A stretch of 44,620 bases of DNA from a virus. Taxonomy: Duplodnaviria; Caudoviricetes. This document shows positions 17,433 to 27,274 of this stretch, piece after piece. The stretch covers positions 1 to 44,620 of the IMG/VR virus record IMGVR_UViG_3300021446_000049; one strand, written 5' to 3'. A program made the position numbers and the translations under genes. Positions within the stretch are counted from its first letter, which is position 1; each line of letters starts with the position of its first letter. The notes under the pieces are model-generated. The model saw only the letters and a list, made by a program, of their open reading frames with translations. It made no database searches and was not told where the DNA came from.

Positions 17433-20400
17433 CTATCGCTTCGATGAACGGCGTACAAGCAATGCGTTTAGGATGTGGATTGTTCTACCAACTGTAGACT
17501 CGCCAAACGTCATCTCTATTGTGTGAACGTTATCGGTGAGCCTTTCCAGACTGCTGCGGGGAGACCCGCTTGACGAATGGTCCCGAAGGCCGTTGATCTT
17601 CCACACTCGATCGGTTTTTCTGGCATTGCCCTGGGGATTTCGTTGACCAATCTCACTGACGACCGGATGAACAGGAATGACGCCCGTATCCTGGTGATCG
17701 TTGAAGATCCTGACGGAGTCTATGGTCTCGTTTTCAATCTTTTGCCCGCTTGCGTCCAGCACTTCACAGTCGACCCAGAGAGAGACGACAATCTTGTTTT
17801 CCGGTTGAGGATCGGCGCTCACGAACTCCAGGCGGAAGGGCTTGACGTTCCCGTAGTACTCTCCATACTCTCCCTCTCCGATTTCGTAGATACTCTCTGA
17901 GTTGACGTTAAACCCACGGTCACGAGTGGCGAAGTATCGGTCCCCCTCGATGTCATGCGTGCTGACCCAAATTTCTCGAAGAGGGTTGTAGGAAAGCGTC
18001 CACTTGCCCTGGTTTTCCACAAAGAGCCTTTCTGTATCGGGGTGAATGCCAATCCGAAAGTCATCGTCGTCTTCGACATTTTCCTGGAACCACGTCCGAA
18101 GCCCCTTTCGGGAGACCTCTTGCATCTTCTTCGACATACGGTACACCTTCTGTGCATCGGCGTCAATCCAAAAGTATCCCCACGGCGTCTCCTTGGCGTG
18201 GAGGGAGTCTTGGAGACCACCGAACCCGGCCTCCAGGTTCTGCATTTCTTCGGGATCGACCTTGAAGATGTTGCCCGTACCCAGGTACACTTGCTCATCT
18301 TGTACCTGTAGGCGTTTCCGTCCCCGAGTGCGGAAAATGCTCTGTTCGGTGTGAATAAGAAGTCCCGAGTTCAGCGCCGCAATGTTGGTAATTCGGCCCC
18401 GGTTTTGGGGGAGGTCTGCGTTGTCTTCCGGACGGTAGCTTCTCCATGCACGCCGGGGGCCTCCGTCCTTCGTTCTTGCACTCCGGATAACGCGGCTGGG
18501 AAAGTTCGTGGGATAGAGATTTTGTTTTCGATATGCAAACGGCGTCTTCAGGCTCTGAAGCTGCCTGTATTCGTCGTTGTACTTGTAGAAGTTGTCAGAG
18601 TCGGTAAAGAACCGAAAGATCCAGCGCCCGCGTAGATACCCTCTCTTTCGGCGGACGTTATCATCACTGTACTGGTTCATGTTGTCCACCTCCTCGGGCA
18701 TGTCCCCAAAGTTGGGGGTCTCCACCCACTCTTGGGATGCAGGCCGAAAAACGTCAATCTCTCGCTCTCCCTCTTGCCTCCACAGGGGGTTGTCCCGGCA
18801 TTCGACCACTTCTTTCCAGTCGGTGCCCCAGGCGATGGGAAGGGCCTCAATGCCACCTGTGTCCCCGATGAGTTCTCGAAGGGCACGTTGAAGACCATTG
18901 ACCTCTTTGATGTCCGGGCCATCACCCCTCCCATCTGGGCCTGCGCCTCTTCCGAAAAGCTCGTTGCCCAAGGCCCCGAGCCACCGACCATCCTTTCGAA
19001 GATCTCCGTCGTCGTGGTTTCGCCCCCACCATGCGTAGTCACTCTCGTTGTCATCCTCGTCTGTAAACTGATCCTTGTCGGCCAGGCCTAGAAGTGTGTG
19101 GGCTTTGAATATATGCTCCCCAATGTAGATATCCCCGCCGTAGAACACGTCGCTCTCGGTCTTGCCCAGGTCCCCCGTGAAGCCGGTCCAAATGAGATTC
19201 TGGTTTTCAAAGGGTCGGTGGACCGTCTTCTTGAGCTGACAGACGTCTACCTGATAGTTGTGGTAGGTGTTGGTCTCCGGGGTTTCCAGTTCAAGCACCA
19301 TCTTTCGCTCCCCAAACACATTGTCGTAGTCGTACGAGAAGCCCAGATTTTTTAGTCGTACCTTCCTCTTATGACGATCTACATAGGCCGCAGCCTTCAC
19401 TGCTTTGATGGTGTCGGTGGCCACCGGAGCAACTTCGAGCTGACCTACATCTTCTTCGGTTGGGACCCAAAGACGGGCACTGAGCTTCACGTGCGTCACT
19501 CCGGCCACGTTTAGATCCCTCCTCAGAGCATCCATTGGGTGAAGCTGGAGTAGGCTTCTGTCTACGTTCCACTTCTTAAAATTCCCATCGAAGTTGGGCT
19601 CTCTGGGAAGCCCATGTGTATTCCAGACGGTGTCTTCAAAAATGTTGTGAGCGTGTTGGTGATGGCGATATCTCCCGTCGTCGAGAAAGCCAAAGATCCC
19701 CCGGTTTTGGGTAAGCATCAGGCGATCATCAGGCTGCTTCTCCGCGTAGTAAATGCGGTAGCCCTGGATCCGGTCTTTGTACTCCTCGGGGATGTCGGCA
19801 TTCTTGATTTTAAGACCCAGGACGTGAACCTCTTGGGCATCGTAAGGCCGACCTTCCATCGAATTTCCGGTCTTGGTATCCGGCATTCGGTGGTGCCGCA
19901 CCCTCTTTCCTCGAAGGTCCCCGATGACGGCCCCGCTGACATCCTTGACTTTCCACCGCTCGTCGTCGGGATAGGTCTCAACAGCGTTCTCCCAATACCC
20001 CATGTTGGATTCATCGGTCGGCGTTGAAGAGTGGTGAAAGTTGCGAATGGGGCCCTCGAAGTCATCTTTGTACTTAGCCAGGGGATGCTGGTCGGAGATC
20101 TCGTTGTATTCCGACGTGGAAGACGAAGCCCCGCCTCCTTCCCAATTCGTGATGCTGACGCTCCAGTTGTCATCTGGTAGTGAGTCCACATCCGGGGAAG
20201 TGCCGTTTGGATCCGAAGTCCCACTGAGTTCCCGTGCTCGAATCTGCGTGTCATTGTCCTCCAGGATGTAGGAAACCGTTCCTCCATCGGGATCGTCGTT
20301 GACGAACTTATTGTGGACCCTCGTGGCAATAGATGAAGCCGATTCTCCGGCGTCCACGGCGACCTTGACCTCAGCCCCGTTCACGTTGAAGTCCACGAAT

Positions 20401-23390
20401 AGATCAAACTGGTCATTGGCGCTGTCCCACCCTCCATCAATGGCCGCCGTGGTAAACAGATTATCATCTGAAGTACGGATGGTGTAGGCCCGCCCGTTAT
20501 ACGCCCTTCCGATGCTGTCGGCCTCAATGGTAATGCTTCCGTCCCCATTGTCGGTGGCCGAGAAGTGGTCGGTAAAGCTGCTGTTGTTTTGGAGAGCGGT
20601 GGTAATTTTGCTCGCAGAAGTGGAGGGGTCGTCTTCTCCGTTCAAGGTAGAGACAATCGTATCTACCTGATTGACGAACCCGCTGTCGCTTCTCTCCCAC
20701 TCTACGCGAGCATTGTAATCGGGGGCATCGTCGTTTGCATCTTTCCCTCCGGTCGTTCCACCTGCTCCGTAGTTATAGTTAAAGTCCGGAGGACCGCCGA
20801 CTTGAATGTTATAGTCGTTCCACTGGCTTCCAGTGGATTTTGCCTTCATGTAGATCTGGTATTTCCCTCCCCCACGGTCTTTAACGCTGTACTGAAAGTC
20901 CGATCCCGCCGTGGAATCGCCACCCAGCTCTGTTGCAATTCTGTTCGCAATCAACTGTGCAGAGTCCCCTTGCAGATAGTTGATCGTCACGGAACTCTGA
21001 ATAATCCCGGACGGATCTAAGAACTCAATGTCTACGGAGCCATCCTCACTGGCCCCAGAGGTAATAGTAAACTGATCCGCGTCTGCTTTCTCCTCTTGAG
21101 AGGGGATGGCGGGAGCGTCGATGGTTCCAATGGCGTTTCCATCTGAAGGCTCGGGGGCCGCCCCATCAAATTTTACGACGGCCTCCGCGTTGGACTCACT
21201 GCCTCCTCCCTCGAAGATGTGCTCGCTATAGGTGAGAGGATCGGGGCTTCCGTAGATGTCTGGACGATCGCCATTCAGGTCCGCCGTTCCTGACTGGTCG
21301 GTGGCATTGATCGTGGTGCCGTTCTGCGTGAACTGAAGGTCGGAGTAGTTTCCGTTGTTCTGACAGGCGTTCAAAATGGCGTCTGCTACTGCCTGTGCTG
21401 ATGCCCCATCGTCTACCGTGAAGTCAGTGGTTGGCCGCCTGGGAGACCACTTGACGGTGTACGACAGCACGTCGTTGGCCGTATCCCATCCCCCGTCGAT
21501 CGTGGCCTCCGAAAGGCTTTTTTGGAGATTCAGAGACCACGTGAAGTTGCCATTGTAGGTCTTTCCAATCTGATCTGCCTCAATTAGAAAAGTCCCATCT
21601 CCGTTGTCCGTGGCCGTGAAGTTGGAGGAGATCGTCGAGTTGTCGTTCAGCGCAGTGACGAACTTCGACGCCACCGTTGGCGGATCATCTTCTCCGTTTA
21701 GGGTGCTTACCGTGACCGTTACCGACTGATTTTTGTCGTCCCAGGTCAGAGTGATGTCCTCATCCGGGGCGTCCGCTGTATCGTCTTTCCCTCCCGTGGT
21801 GACGTTTCCGGTGTTGTCGTAGGTGAAGTTTCCGGCGTCGTTTTCGAGGTCCACGTAGTATCCGTTGTACTCGCTTCCCGTCTGATCGGCCACCAAACTA
21901 ATCTCCCAAACGCCACTTCCACCATCGCTGACACCCGCCGTCCAATCGGGCTGAAAGGTTGAATTGCCATTGAGCGCATTTTTGATTGCCGTAGCGATGG
22001 TCTCTGCGCTCTCTCCACTGGCTACACTAACGCTTACCCGAACAACCTCATTATCGGTGCCGTCGTACAGAACGGCGTCAAAGGTGTCGTCCGCAGAAGT
22101 ATCGGACTCAATGTTGACCACCGGATCTTGCGTAGCAACCTGCCCTTGGCTGTTGATGGAGTTCTGGATTTCCACCGTCCCGCTGGCCTTCCCGTCGGAA
22201 GGGTCTGGGGCCGCGTCATCAATCGTGATCGATGCCCTGGCCTTTTCGTCCGACGATCCTGTTGGGGGACGCCCAGGAATGTGGAAGGCCGGGGTTTCCG
22301 ACCCATCTTCCAGGACAAAGGTCGCGTAGAGCGCGTAGGCCTCTCCTCTCTTGTAGGTGCGGAAGGCGTGGGCGACATCCGGATCTTGGAAAAGACGCTC
22401 AGGAGGCTTGTTGGCGTCGGTTTGCTCGGATAGGGGTTTCGACACCACGTCGACCTCCCAGTTGTTGACAAAGGCCTGGATATCATGCTGCACGGGCTTC
22501 TCTAAGTCTCCCATGTAGAGCACGCCACTCTGCTCGGCCATTGTCCCCGCCTTCTTGTAGGTGTCCTGGTCGATGGCAATTTGCTCAATGGTGCCTGTCG
22601 TGGCCTCCTCTCCCCCGGTGTACGTATAGTTAAACGTGCCATCCTCCGGAATTCCGAAGTCGGAGAGAATCTTCACCTCTGTCTCCTTGACCACCGCGAT
22701 TCGGAGAAAGTCAAAGGATGTGTCCAGGTTGCTGAGTTCGAAGTTGATGCTCTGCCCGGTATTTTGGTCACTGTCGGCCCCGTATCCTGCGCGTCCAGTG
22801 GTATTGATGGGGCCGCTCGTCAGAAAATAGTTCGTCGAGGACTGGTCCTGGTCGACGTAGGCAAAGGCAAGCTGGTAGGTCCCACCTGTCAAGGATCCGC
22901 CATACTGACCGACATTCAGCAGATTGAATTCTGCCTTCGTGCTCGTTCGGGGAAAAAGTTGAAGCCCCTTGACCGACGAGGGAGGATTCTGGTCAATGTT
23001 CAAGAACCGTGGGGGATTGCTCCCATCAGTCCAGTACACGACTCGGTCCCCTGTGGCAATCTCTCTGTATTCGGCCTGGACGTGATCCGCAAAAGACAGG
23101 CTGCCCACAATCTGATCGTCGGTAAGCACGTCTGTCAGCGTTCCAGACGTGTCATCGAAAATGGAAATCTTGTTCGGGCTCCCCTGAAGAAAAAGAAGCA
23201 CCTTCCCCGTAGACAGGTTGAGGGTGCCTCGAACGCTGTATCCGGCAATGTCGAGAACTTTCTTCAACCCTTTCTCTCGACGAATCTCTCCGTCTTCAGA
23301 CTCGATAACGGCGTTTTGGGCATCCCGATAGCTATTGTCGGGCTGAAGCCTCTTGTCTGTGTCTCGCTGGAGACCGTTGGTAAAGGGCAT
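17433..23390 (-). CDS. Muzzle / tail stabilisation protein (P22 gp10-like, crAss Tstab) with about 700-aa internal insertion
   Basis: 1985 aa. N-term FTNGLQRD..YRDAQNA, VYWTDGSNPPRFLNID, YKRGEAYALY..PAFHIPGR, MGYWEN..ETYP, VRHHRMP, C-term YLGTGNIF..FGGLQ..TPWGYFWID..WTLSYNP..WVSTHD are typical of crAss-like stabilisation proteins. Confidence 0.88.
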   Translation of the reverse strand: MPFTNGLQRDTDKRLQPDNSYRDAQNAVIESEDGEIRREKGLKKVLDIAGYSVRGTLNLSTGKVLLFLQGSPNKISIFDDTSGTLTDVLTDDQIVGSLSFADHVQAEYREIATGDRVVYWTDGSNPPRFLNIDQNPPSSVKGLQLFPRTSTKAEFNLLNVGQYGGSLTGGTYQLAFAYVDQDQSSTNYFLTSGPINTTGRAGYGADSDQNTGQSINFELSNLDTSFDFLRIAVVKETEVKILSDFGIPEDGTFNYTYTGGEEATTGTIEQIAIDQDTYKKAGTMAEQSGVLYMGDLEKPVQHDIQAFVNNWEVDVVSKPLSEQTDANKPPERLFQDPDVAHAFRTYKRGEAYALYATFVLEDGSETPAFHIPGRPPTGSSDEKARASITIDDAAPDPSDGKASGTVEIQNSINSQGQVATQDPVVNIESDTSADDTFDAVLYDGTDNEVVRVSVSVASGESAETIATAIKNALNGNSTFQPDWTAGVSDGGSGVWEISLVADQTGSEYNGYYVDLENDAGNFTYDNTGNVTTGGKDDTADAPDEDITLTWDDKNQSVTVTVSTLNGEDDPPTVASKFVTALNDNSTISSNFTATDNGDGTFLIEADQIGKTYNGNFTWSLNLQKSLSEATIDGGWDTANDVLSYTVKWSPRRPTTDFTVDDGASAQAVADAILNACQNNGNYSDLQFTQNGTTINATDQSGTADLNGDRPDIYGSPDPLTYSEHIFEGGGSESNAEAVVKFDGAAPEPSDGNAIGTIDAPAIPSQEEKADADQFTITSGASEDGSVDIEFLDPSGIIQSSVTINYLQGDSAQLIANRIATELGGDSTAGSDFQYSVKDRGGGKYQIYMKAKSTGSQWNDYNIQVGGPPDFNYNYGAGGTTGGKDANDDAPDYNARVEWERSDSGFVNQVDTIVSTLNGEDDPSTSASKITTALQNNSSFTDHFSATDNGDGSITIEADSIGRAYNGRAYTIRTSDDNLFTTAAIDGGWDSANDQFDLFVDFNVNGAEVKVAVDAGESASSIATRVHNKFVNDDPDGGTVSYILEDNDTQIRARELSGTSDPNGTSPDVDSLPDDNWSVSITNWEGGGASSSTSEYNEISDQHPLAKYKDDFEGPIRNFHHSSTPTDESNMGYWENAVETYPDDERWKVKDVSGAVIGDLRGKRVRHHRMPDTKTGNSMEGRPYDAQEVHVLGLKIKNADIPEEYKDRIQGYRIYYAEKQPDDRLMLTQNRGIFGFLDDGRYRHHQHAHNIFEDTVWNTHGLPREPNFDGNFKKWNVDRSLLQLHPMDALRRDLNVAGVTHVKLSARLWVPTEEDVGQLEVAPVATDTIKAVKAAAYVDRHKRKVRLKNLGFSYDYDNVFGERKMVLELETPETNTYHNYQVDVCQLKKTVHRPFENQNLIWTGFTGDLGKTESDVFYGGDIYIGEHIFKAHTLLGLADKDQFTDEDDNESDYAWWGRNHDDGDLRKDGRWLGALGNELFGRGAGPDGRGDGPDIKEVNGLQRALRELIGDTGGIEALPIAWGTDWKEVVECRDNPLWRQEGEREIDVFRPASQEWVETPNFGDMPEEVDNMNQYSDDNVRRKRGYLRGRWIFRFFTDSDNFYKYNDEYRQLQSLKTPFAYRKQNLYPTNFPSRVIRSARTKDGGPRRAWRSYRPEDNADLPQNRGRITNIAALNSGLLIHTEQSIFRTRGRKRLQVQDEQVYLGTGNIFKVDPEEMQNLEAGFGGLQDSLHAKETPWGYFWIDADAQKVYRMSKKMQEVSRKGLRTWFQENVEDDDDFRIGIHPDTERLFVENQGKWTLSYNPLREIWVSTHDIEGDRYFATRDRGFNVNSESIYEIGEGEYGEYYGNVKPFRLEFVSADPQPENKIVVSLWVDCEVLDASGQKIENETIDSVRIFNDHQDTGVIPVHPVVSEIGQRNPQGNARKTDRVWKINGLRDHSSSGSPRSSLERLTDNVHTIEMTFGESTVGRTIHILNALLVRRSSKR
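20128..22245 (-). repeat. Two tandem ~350-aa repeat units inside the muzzle gene (boundaries approximate)
   Basis: Unit 1 ~21195-22245, unit 2 ~20128-21192; shared AAP(D/E)PSDG, TTGGKD..DAPD, VSTLNGEDDP, ATDNGDG, IEAD.IG..YNG, IDGGWD(T/S)AND, EGGG. Confidence 0.9.
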
Positions 23391-23900
23391 TTATAGGCTT
23401 TGGGGAATGTCGGGAAGTTCAGTGTCGAAGCTCTCCAAAGGCGCGGTGTCCTCAATTGGCTCTGGTTCCGGTTTCCACTTCATGGGATCGAGCATTGCTC
23501 GAATCTCTGCCATGTTTACCTTTGTCCCCGGACACGTCTTGTTCTCGTTGTACCGCCTGTGCCCGTGGACTTTCGAGCTGGGGATCCGGTACTTGTCATA
23601 ACACTCTCGAAAGAGGCGCAGAAGCGTGCCTTTCTGGGCGTCGGTGAAACTGGACTTGTTTCCATGCCCCTGAAAGCTGATGCCCAGGGACCGCGTGTTC
23701 ATCCCGTTGTCCCGGCAGTGAGCCCCGTGCAAGCCTTCCTCTCGTCCCTGCTCCAGAGTTCCGTCCTTGTGGACAAAATAGTGATAGCCCACCATGCGAA
23801 ATCCACGTTGGCGGTGCCAGTGGTCAATGTCTTCGATGTCGTAGCCGCTGCCTTCGTGGGCGACAGTATGGATGATCAAAAACTCCGGGTGGTTCTGCAT
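23391..23900 (-). CDS. N-acetylmuramoyl-L-alanine amidase (Amidase_2, T7 lysozyme-like endolysin)
   Basis: IIHT..IDHWHRQRGF..VGYHY..GAHC..N..SLGISFQG..VHGHR..KTCPG Zn-amidase motifs. Start reassigned to ATG at 23900 (MQNHPEF); the track start at 23993 overlaps the upstream gene. Confidence 0.95.
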   Translation of the reverse strand: MQNHPEFLIIHTVAHEGSGYDIEDIDHWHRQRGFRMVGYHYFVHKDGTLEQGREEGLHGAHCRDNGMNTRSLGISFQGHGNKSSFTDAQKGTLLRLFRECYDKYRIPSSKVHGHRRYNENKTCPGTKVNMAEIRAMLDPMKWKPEPEPIEDTAPLESFDTELPDIPQSL

Positions 23901-23916
23901 CAGGTGACAACCTTCA

Positions 23917-25377
23917 TTAGGTAATGAGCTTGAGCCTGTACGTAAGGCGAAGAAGTTCTCCGGGAGGCACGTCCACGGGGGCATCAAGCACATGACGAGC
24001 CGTCATGGTAGCATATCTAATATAGTCTTGTCTACTGTTTTCACTATTGTATCCAGTATACAGACCCGTTTCTGACACTGTAACCGTGGTTGATCCCCGG
24101 TTTTCAAGGATACGACAGACGTCAAAGTACACCTCGTCGTTGGCTTTATCAGTGACAATATTTTCGATCACCGTGCCGTAGTAGACAAGCTGGTTATCCC
24201 CAAATCCGTGGGGAATTTGAGTGTCGTTATCGTTGTTGTCCGTTAGCGCGTAGTTCGTGTTAGAGACCGCCTTTGTAGATGTACCAGGAATTGGGCCCAA
24301 AAACTGTCCGCGAATCCCATTTTTCTGGGCATCCGGATGTGTACCCCCGCCTGTAGCTGATAGCATCCACTGTCCTTCGGTCTCTCGGCTATTCCTGTCA
24401 GCGTTGTTAATGTCTCTTGCTACACGTCTTCCTTGCCTGTGCTGGCGATACAACTGCTGATGGAACTGAGCCATTACGCCGCCATTCCCGTCGTTCTGAA
24501 TGGTCATGGTGTAATCTACCGTGACCGATTTTCCGGAAGCAATCGTAAAACTTTGAACGTTATCACGAGCCATAAGCACATAGTTATCTCTTGAACTTGG
24601 CCCATGGCAAATCACGCCGATTTCTCCCACTTCAATGTCGTGATCCTGGTTGTTGGTAAAAGTGCGGGAGTACGTGATTTCACTCTTCGTTGTCTGCACG
24701 GCGGGTTCAGAGACGGTCGTGCCCGTATGACTAAGCTGTTCTAAAGGGTTTTGCAACCACCAATCTTCAACCTCTGCATCCTTGTTGGGAAGATTGGCTC
24801 CCAAGACGACATTGGGGTTTCGAAGTGTCTCCTCTGCTCGATTACAACCTCGGAAACGAAAAGGCATAAACCGAAGCTGCTCGTTCCAGTTACTGCCGTC
24901 TTCCGCCCACGTAACAGGACTTCCTTGAACAACACTTCCAGTTCTTCGGTCAAAAGTGTCCACTTCGTATAACTTTATATCATCCCTATCACCACCATTA
25001 TAATATATGCCTTTCATTTCATCCACGTTGGAGTCTAAAATAAAGACCCTAGTCCCATCATTTATATCATCTATATCAGCCCTACCATATAAATTTATGT
25101 GTACGGGGTCGGCGTCCCAGTTAATACTGTTAATCCTTTTATAGTCATTATCATGGTTAAGTTTTCTCCATTCAACTCTATTTCGATTTGAAGTAATGAT
25201 TCGACGCCCATCTCCGTCTCTTCGAATTTCCCCCATCATGCCATAGAGCATCCGGAGAAAGTTTCCCACCAGAGAATCGGCTTGGCGATTAATAATCGTC
25301 TTTCCCTCCATTGAGACTTCCATGTGGAGGTCCACGCCTGCTTCCTTCGTTATAATATCACTCTGAATCTCTTTCAT
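23917..25377 (-). CDS. Virion tail/fibre-associated structural protein with duplicated beta-sandwich module
   Basis: 486 aa; two copies of R(T/I)xxN..I(E/T)VxExG..ARxV...V..G...(V/L)xYx(M/L); lies within tail gene block, coupled by TAATG. Confidence 0.65.
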   Translation of the reverse strand: MKEIQSDIITKEAGVDLHMEVSMEGKTIINRQADSLVGNFLRMLYGMMGEIRRDGDGRRIITSNRNRVEWRKLNHDNDYKRINSINWDADPVHINLYGRADIDDINDGTRVFILDSNVDEMKGIYYNGGDRDDIKLYEVDTFDRRTGSVVQGSPVTWAEDGSNWNEQLRFMPFRFRGCNRAEETLRNPNVVLGANLPNKDAEVEDWWLQNPLEQLSHTGTTVSEPAVQTTKSEITYSRTFTNNQDHDIEVGEIGVICHGPSSRDNYVLMARDNVQSFTIASGKSVTVDYTMTIQNDGNGGVMAQFHQQLYRQHRQGRRVARDINNADRNSRETEGQWMLSATGGGTHPDAQKNGIRGQFLGPIPGTSTKAVSNTNYALTDNNDNDTQIPHGFGDNQLVYYGTVIENIVTDKANDEVYFDVCRILENRGSTTVTVSETGLYTGYNSENSRQDYIRYATMTARHVLDAPVDVPPGELLRLTYRLKLIT

Positions 25378-26114
25378 TACGATGTGCTGGTTGTAAAACT
25401 GGTGGTAAAGGAGGAAACCTCTCGGGTAAAGGTCTTCAGTTCTGTAGAAGCGAACTTCTTGGTACTGGGACTGGACGTGTTTCCATCAATCATCTGGGGA
25501 TCAATCGTCTTCTTGAAACTCCCATCTCCTACAAGGTAGTCTACAAGTTTTTGGGCCTTGGACTCGAACACCTTCAGTTTCGGAATCCCGACAAGGTTTC
25601 TCGTGAACTCAAGCTGGATTGTGTCTCCCGTCTTGAAATAGTAGATTCCCGATTGCTCATCGATGTTCGGGCAGTCGGAGGCCTGGGCATTGATCTTGAA
25701 GGCATACAGGCTCGACGGGTCCACCCCGAAGAAAAACTCGTGGTGTTTTTGCTCCTCAGAGGCGTCCTCGATGGTCTTCTCGAACGTGGGGGTGTCCTCG
25801 TTCTCTGGGTTTCCCACGTAGTCGATACTAATGTCCGCGTTTTCGTTGGTGCTAACGACCACGCGGGCAATTCCGCCTCTCTGAATCCGCTCAGACCCGT
25901 CATGACGGAACTGGTCTTCCTGTCCCATCACGTTGAAGATGTCCAGCACCAGCTCTTCGCAGGGCGTACCTTGCTCGTCTCCACAGTCGGTAAGCTGCAC
26001 CGACAACTGGGAGCGCAGTGTTAGTGGAGACTCACGGGCCACGTCCTCAACGTCGGGGTCTTCGACCCCTGATACCCGTGGATTTCCTCTGGAAAAGTCG
26101 GAAGACCCTGCCAT
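25377..26114 (-). CDS. Tail-associated structural protein, Ig/FN3-like domain
   Basis: 245 aa; VSTNENADISIDY..HHEFFFGVDPSSLYAFKINAQ resembles an FN3-type fold. Confidence 0.55.
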   Translation of the reverse strand: MAGSSDFSRGNPRVSGVEDPDVEDVARESPLTLRSQLSVQLTDCGDEQGTPCEELVLDIFNVMGQEDQFRHDGSERIQRGGIARVVVSTNENADISIDYVGNPENEDTPTFEKTIEDASEEQKHHEFFFGVDPSSLYAFKINAQASDCPNIDEQSGIYYFKTGDTIQLEFTRNLVGIPKLKVFESKAQKLVDYLVGDGSFKKTIDPQMIDGNTSSPSTKKFASTELKTFTREVSSFTTSFTTSTS

Positions 26115-26168
26115 AGAGGTGGTGGTTATTGGATGTGCTATCAGTTAGAATGACAGCACCTCTATGAC
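26110..26168 (-). promoter_or_regulatory. mRNA hairpin sequestering the start codon of 25377..26114
   Basis: mRNA arms GUCAUAGAGGUG (26168-26157) and CACCUCUAUGGC (26121-26110) form 12 bp with one G-U; AUG lies in the 3' arm. Confidence 0.6.
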
Positions 26169-26182
26169 GTTCCCTATCGAGG

Positions 26183-27241
26183 TTACTTGCTGTTTTCGTA
26201 TCGCGTGAGGTACCCGCGCCCAGAGGAGCGGTGGAAGCATACCCAGTTGTCGCCATCGATGACCACGGTATCCCACAGGGCAATGGCGTCGTCTCTGACG
26301 ACCTTCAACGCCGGAATCTTGCCCTTGTGAGCGGGAAGTGGGTCGTTGATGTAGTAGTGCTGGTTGAAGATCATCTCCCGTCCCTGGATGTCGCTGTTCC
26401 CCGGCACAAAGCCCAGCTCATCCTGAACATCCGTCTGTACTGCCTTCCCGTTGTTGGAGTGAGCAGGACAGTTGATACGTCCAGAGGGAAAACGCCGAAA
26501 AGACCGTGCGTGAATGGCCGGAACCTCGTCCCGCGAGTAGTGCCCATCGGAGGGCTCCTGATCCAACCAGATCATCCCCACGCCGGAGACTCGGTCTCTT
26601 TCTGCATCCAGGACCGTTCTCCAAACCAGGTGATCGTCGGAGCAGAAAACGTAGATTCGGTGGGCGATTTGAAGATAGTTGTTGCTTGAAGGATTGTCCG
26701 TACCTGTCTCCTGGAGACGGCTGAAAAATGCCTTTCCGGGCCTGGAGTCTTCTCTGTCTTCTTTTGGGTAGTCCTTGTACGAATACGCAGAGTTGTCTTG
26801 GTAATAGCTGTTTTGGAACTGGAAGTTGGTAGGGTTTTTCTTGCTATCCCATCCTGCTACTCCATTGGTTGGAGGATCAGCGATGACCATATAATGTGCG
26901 TATGGCCAAGAGCTAATCATAAAGCAAGCGGCCTGATCTCCATTGTTCAGAGCAGGATCGTTGACAAAGTATACTCCGTCTACCGTTCCACTTCTATATC
27001 CACCCTGATTGTCATTATTCTGGGTTGTGTCCCCCATCGATGCATCAGACTGAAAGTTTTCAATTCCAGCAGGTGTTGATCCGTCAGTTGTAATTCGACT
27101 AAAAGATGCGGACCCTACACTGACGATCTCATCGACTATCTTGACGATCTCTCCTACTCTCGACGTTCCGTCTTCAATGATCTGTCCCCCCAAGTCAGGA
27201 TCATTGGGATCAAAGTTGGTTGCAAGGTTGCTCAAAGCCAT
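26183..27241 (-). CDS. Putative virion structural (tail/fibre) protein
   Basis: 352 aa in tail block; C-terminal GKIPALKVV..DTVVIDGDNWVCF pattern resembles phage virion proteins; AT-richer central segment. Confidence 0.55.
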   Translation of the reverse strand: MALSNLATNFDPNDPDLGGQIIEDGTSRVGEIVKIVDEIVSVGSASFSRITTDGSTPAGIENFQSDASMGDTTQNNDNQGGYRSGTVDGVYFVNDPALNNGDQAACFMISSWPYAHYMVIADPPTNGVAGWDSKKNPTNFQFQNSYYQDNSAYSYKDYPKEDREDSRPGKAFFSRLQETGTDNPSSNNYLQIAHRIYVFCSDDHLVWRTVLDAERDRVSGVGMIWLDQEPSDGHYSRDEVPAIHARSFRRFPSGRINCPAHSNNGKAVQTDVQDELGFVPGNSDIQGREMIFNQHYYINDPLPAHKGKIPALKVVRDDAIALWDTVVIDGDNWVCFHRSSGRGYLTRYENSK

Positions 27242-27274
27242 GGTTTTGCTGGTTGGTTGTTAGTAAAGGAATGA

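Noticed and set aside
20128-22245. Intein or intron as the cause of the muzzle insertion
   Set aside because: No C-terminal HN-(C/S/T) splice motif or LAGLIDADG motif seen; the insert is in frame and repetitive structural sequence.
26082-26099. DFSRGN hexapeptide shared by the 245-aa protein N-terminus and the major capsid protein
   Set aside because: Only six residues with no flanking similarity; most likely chance.
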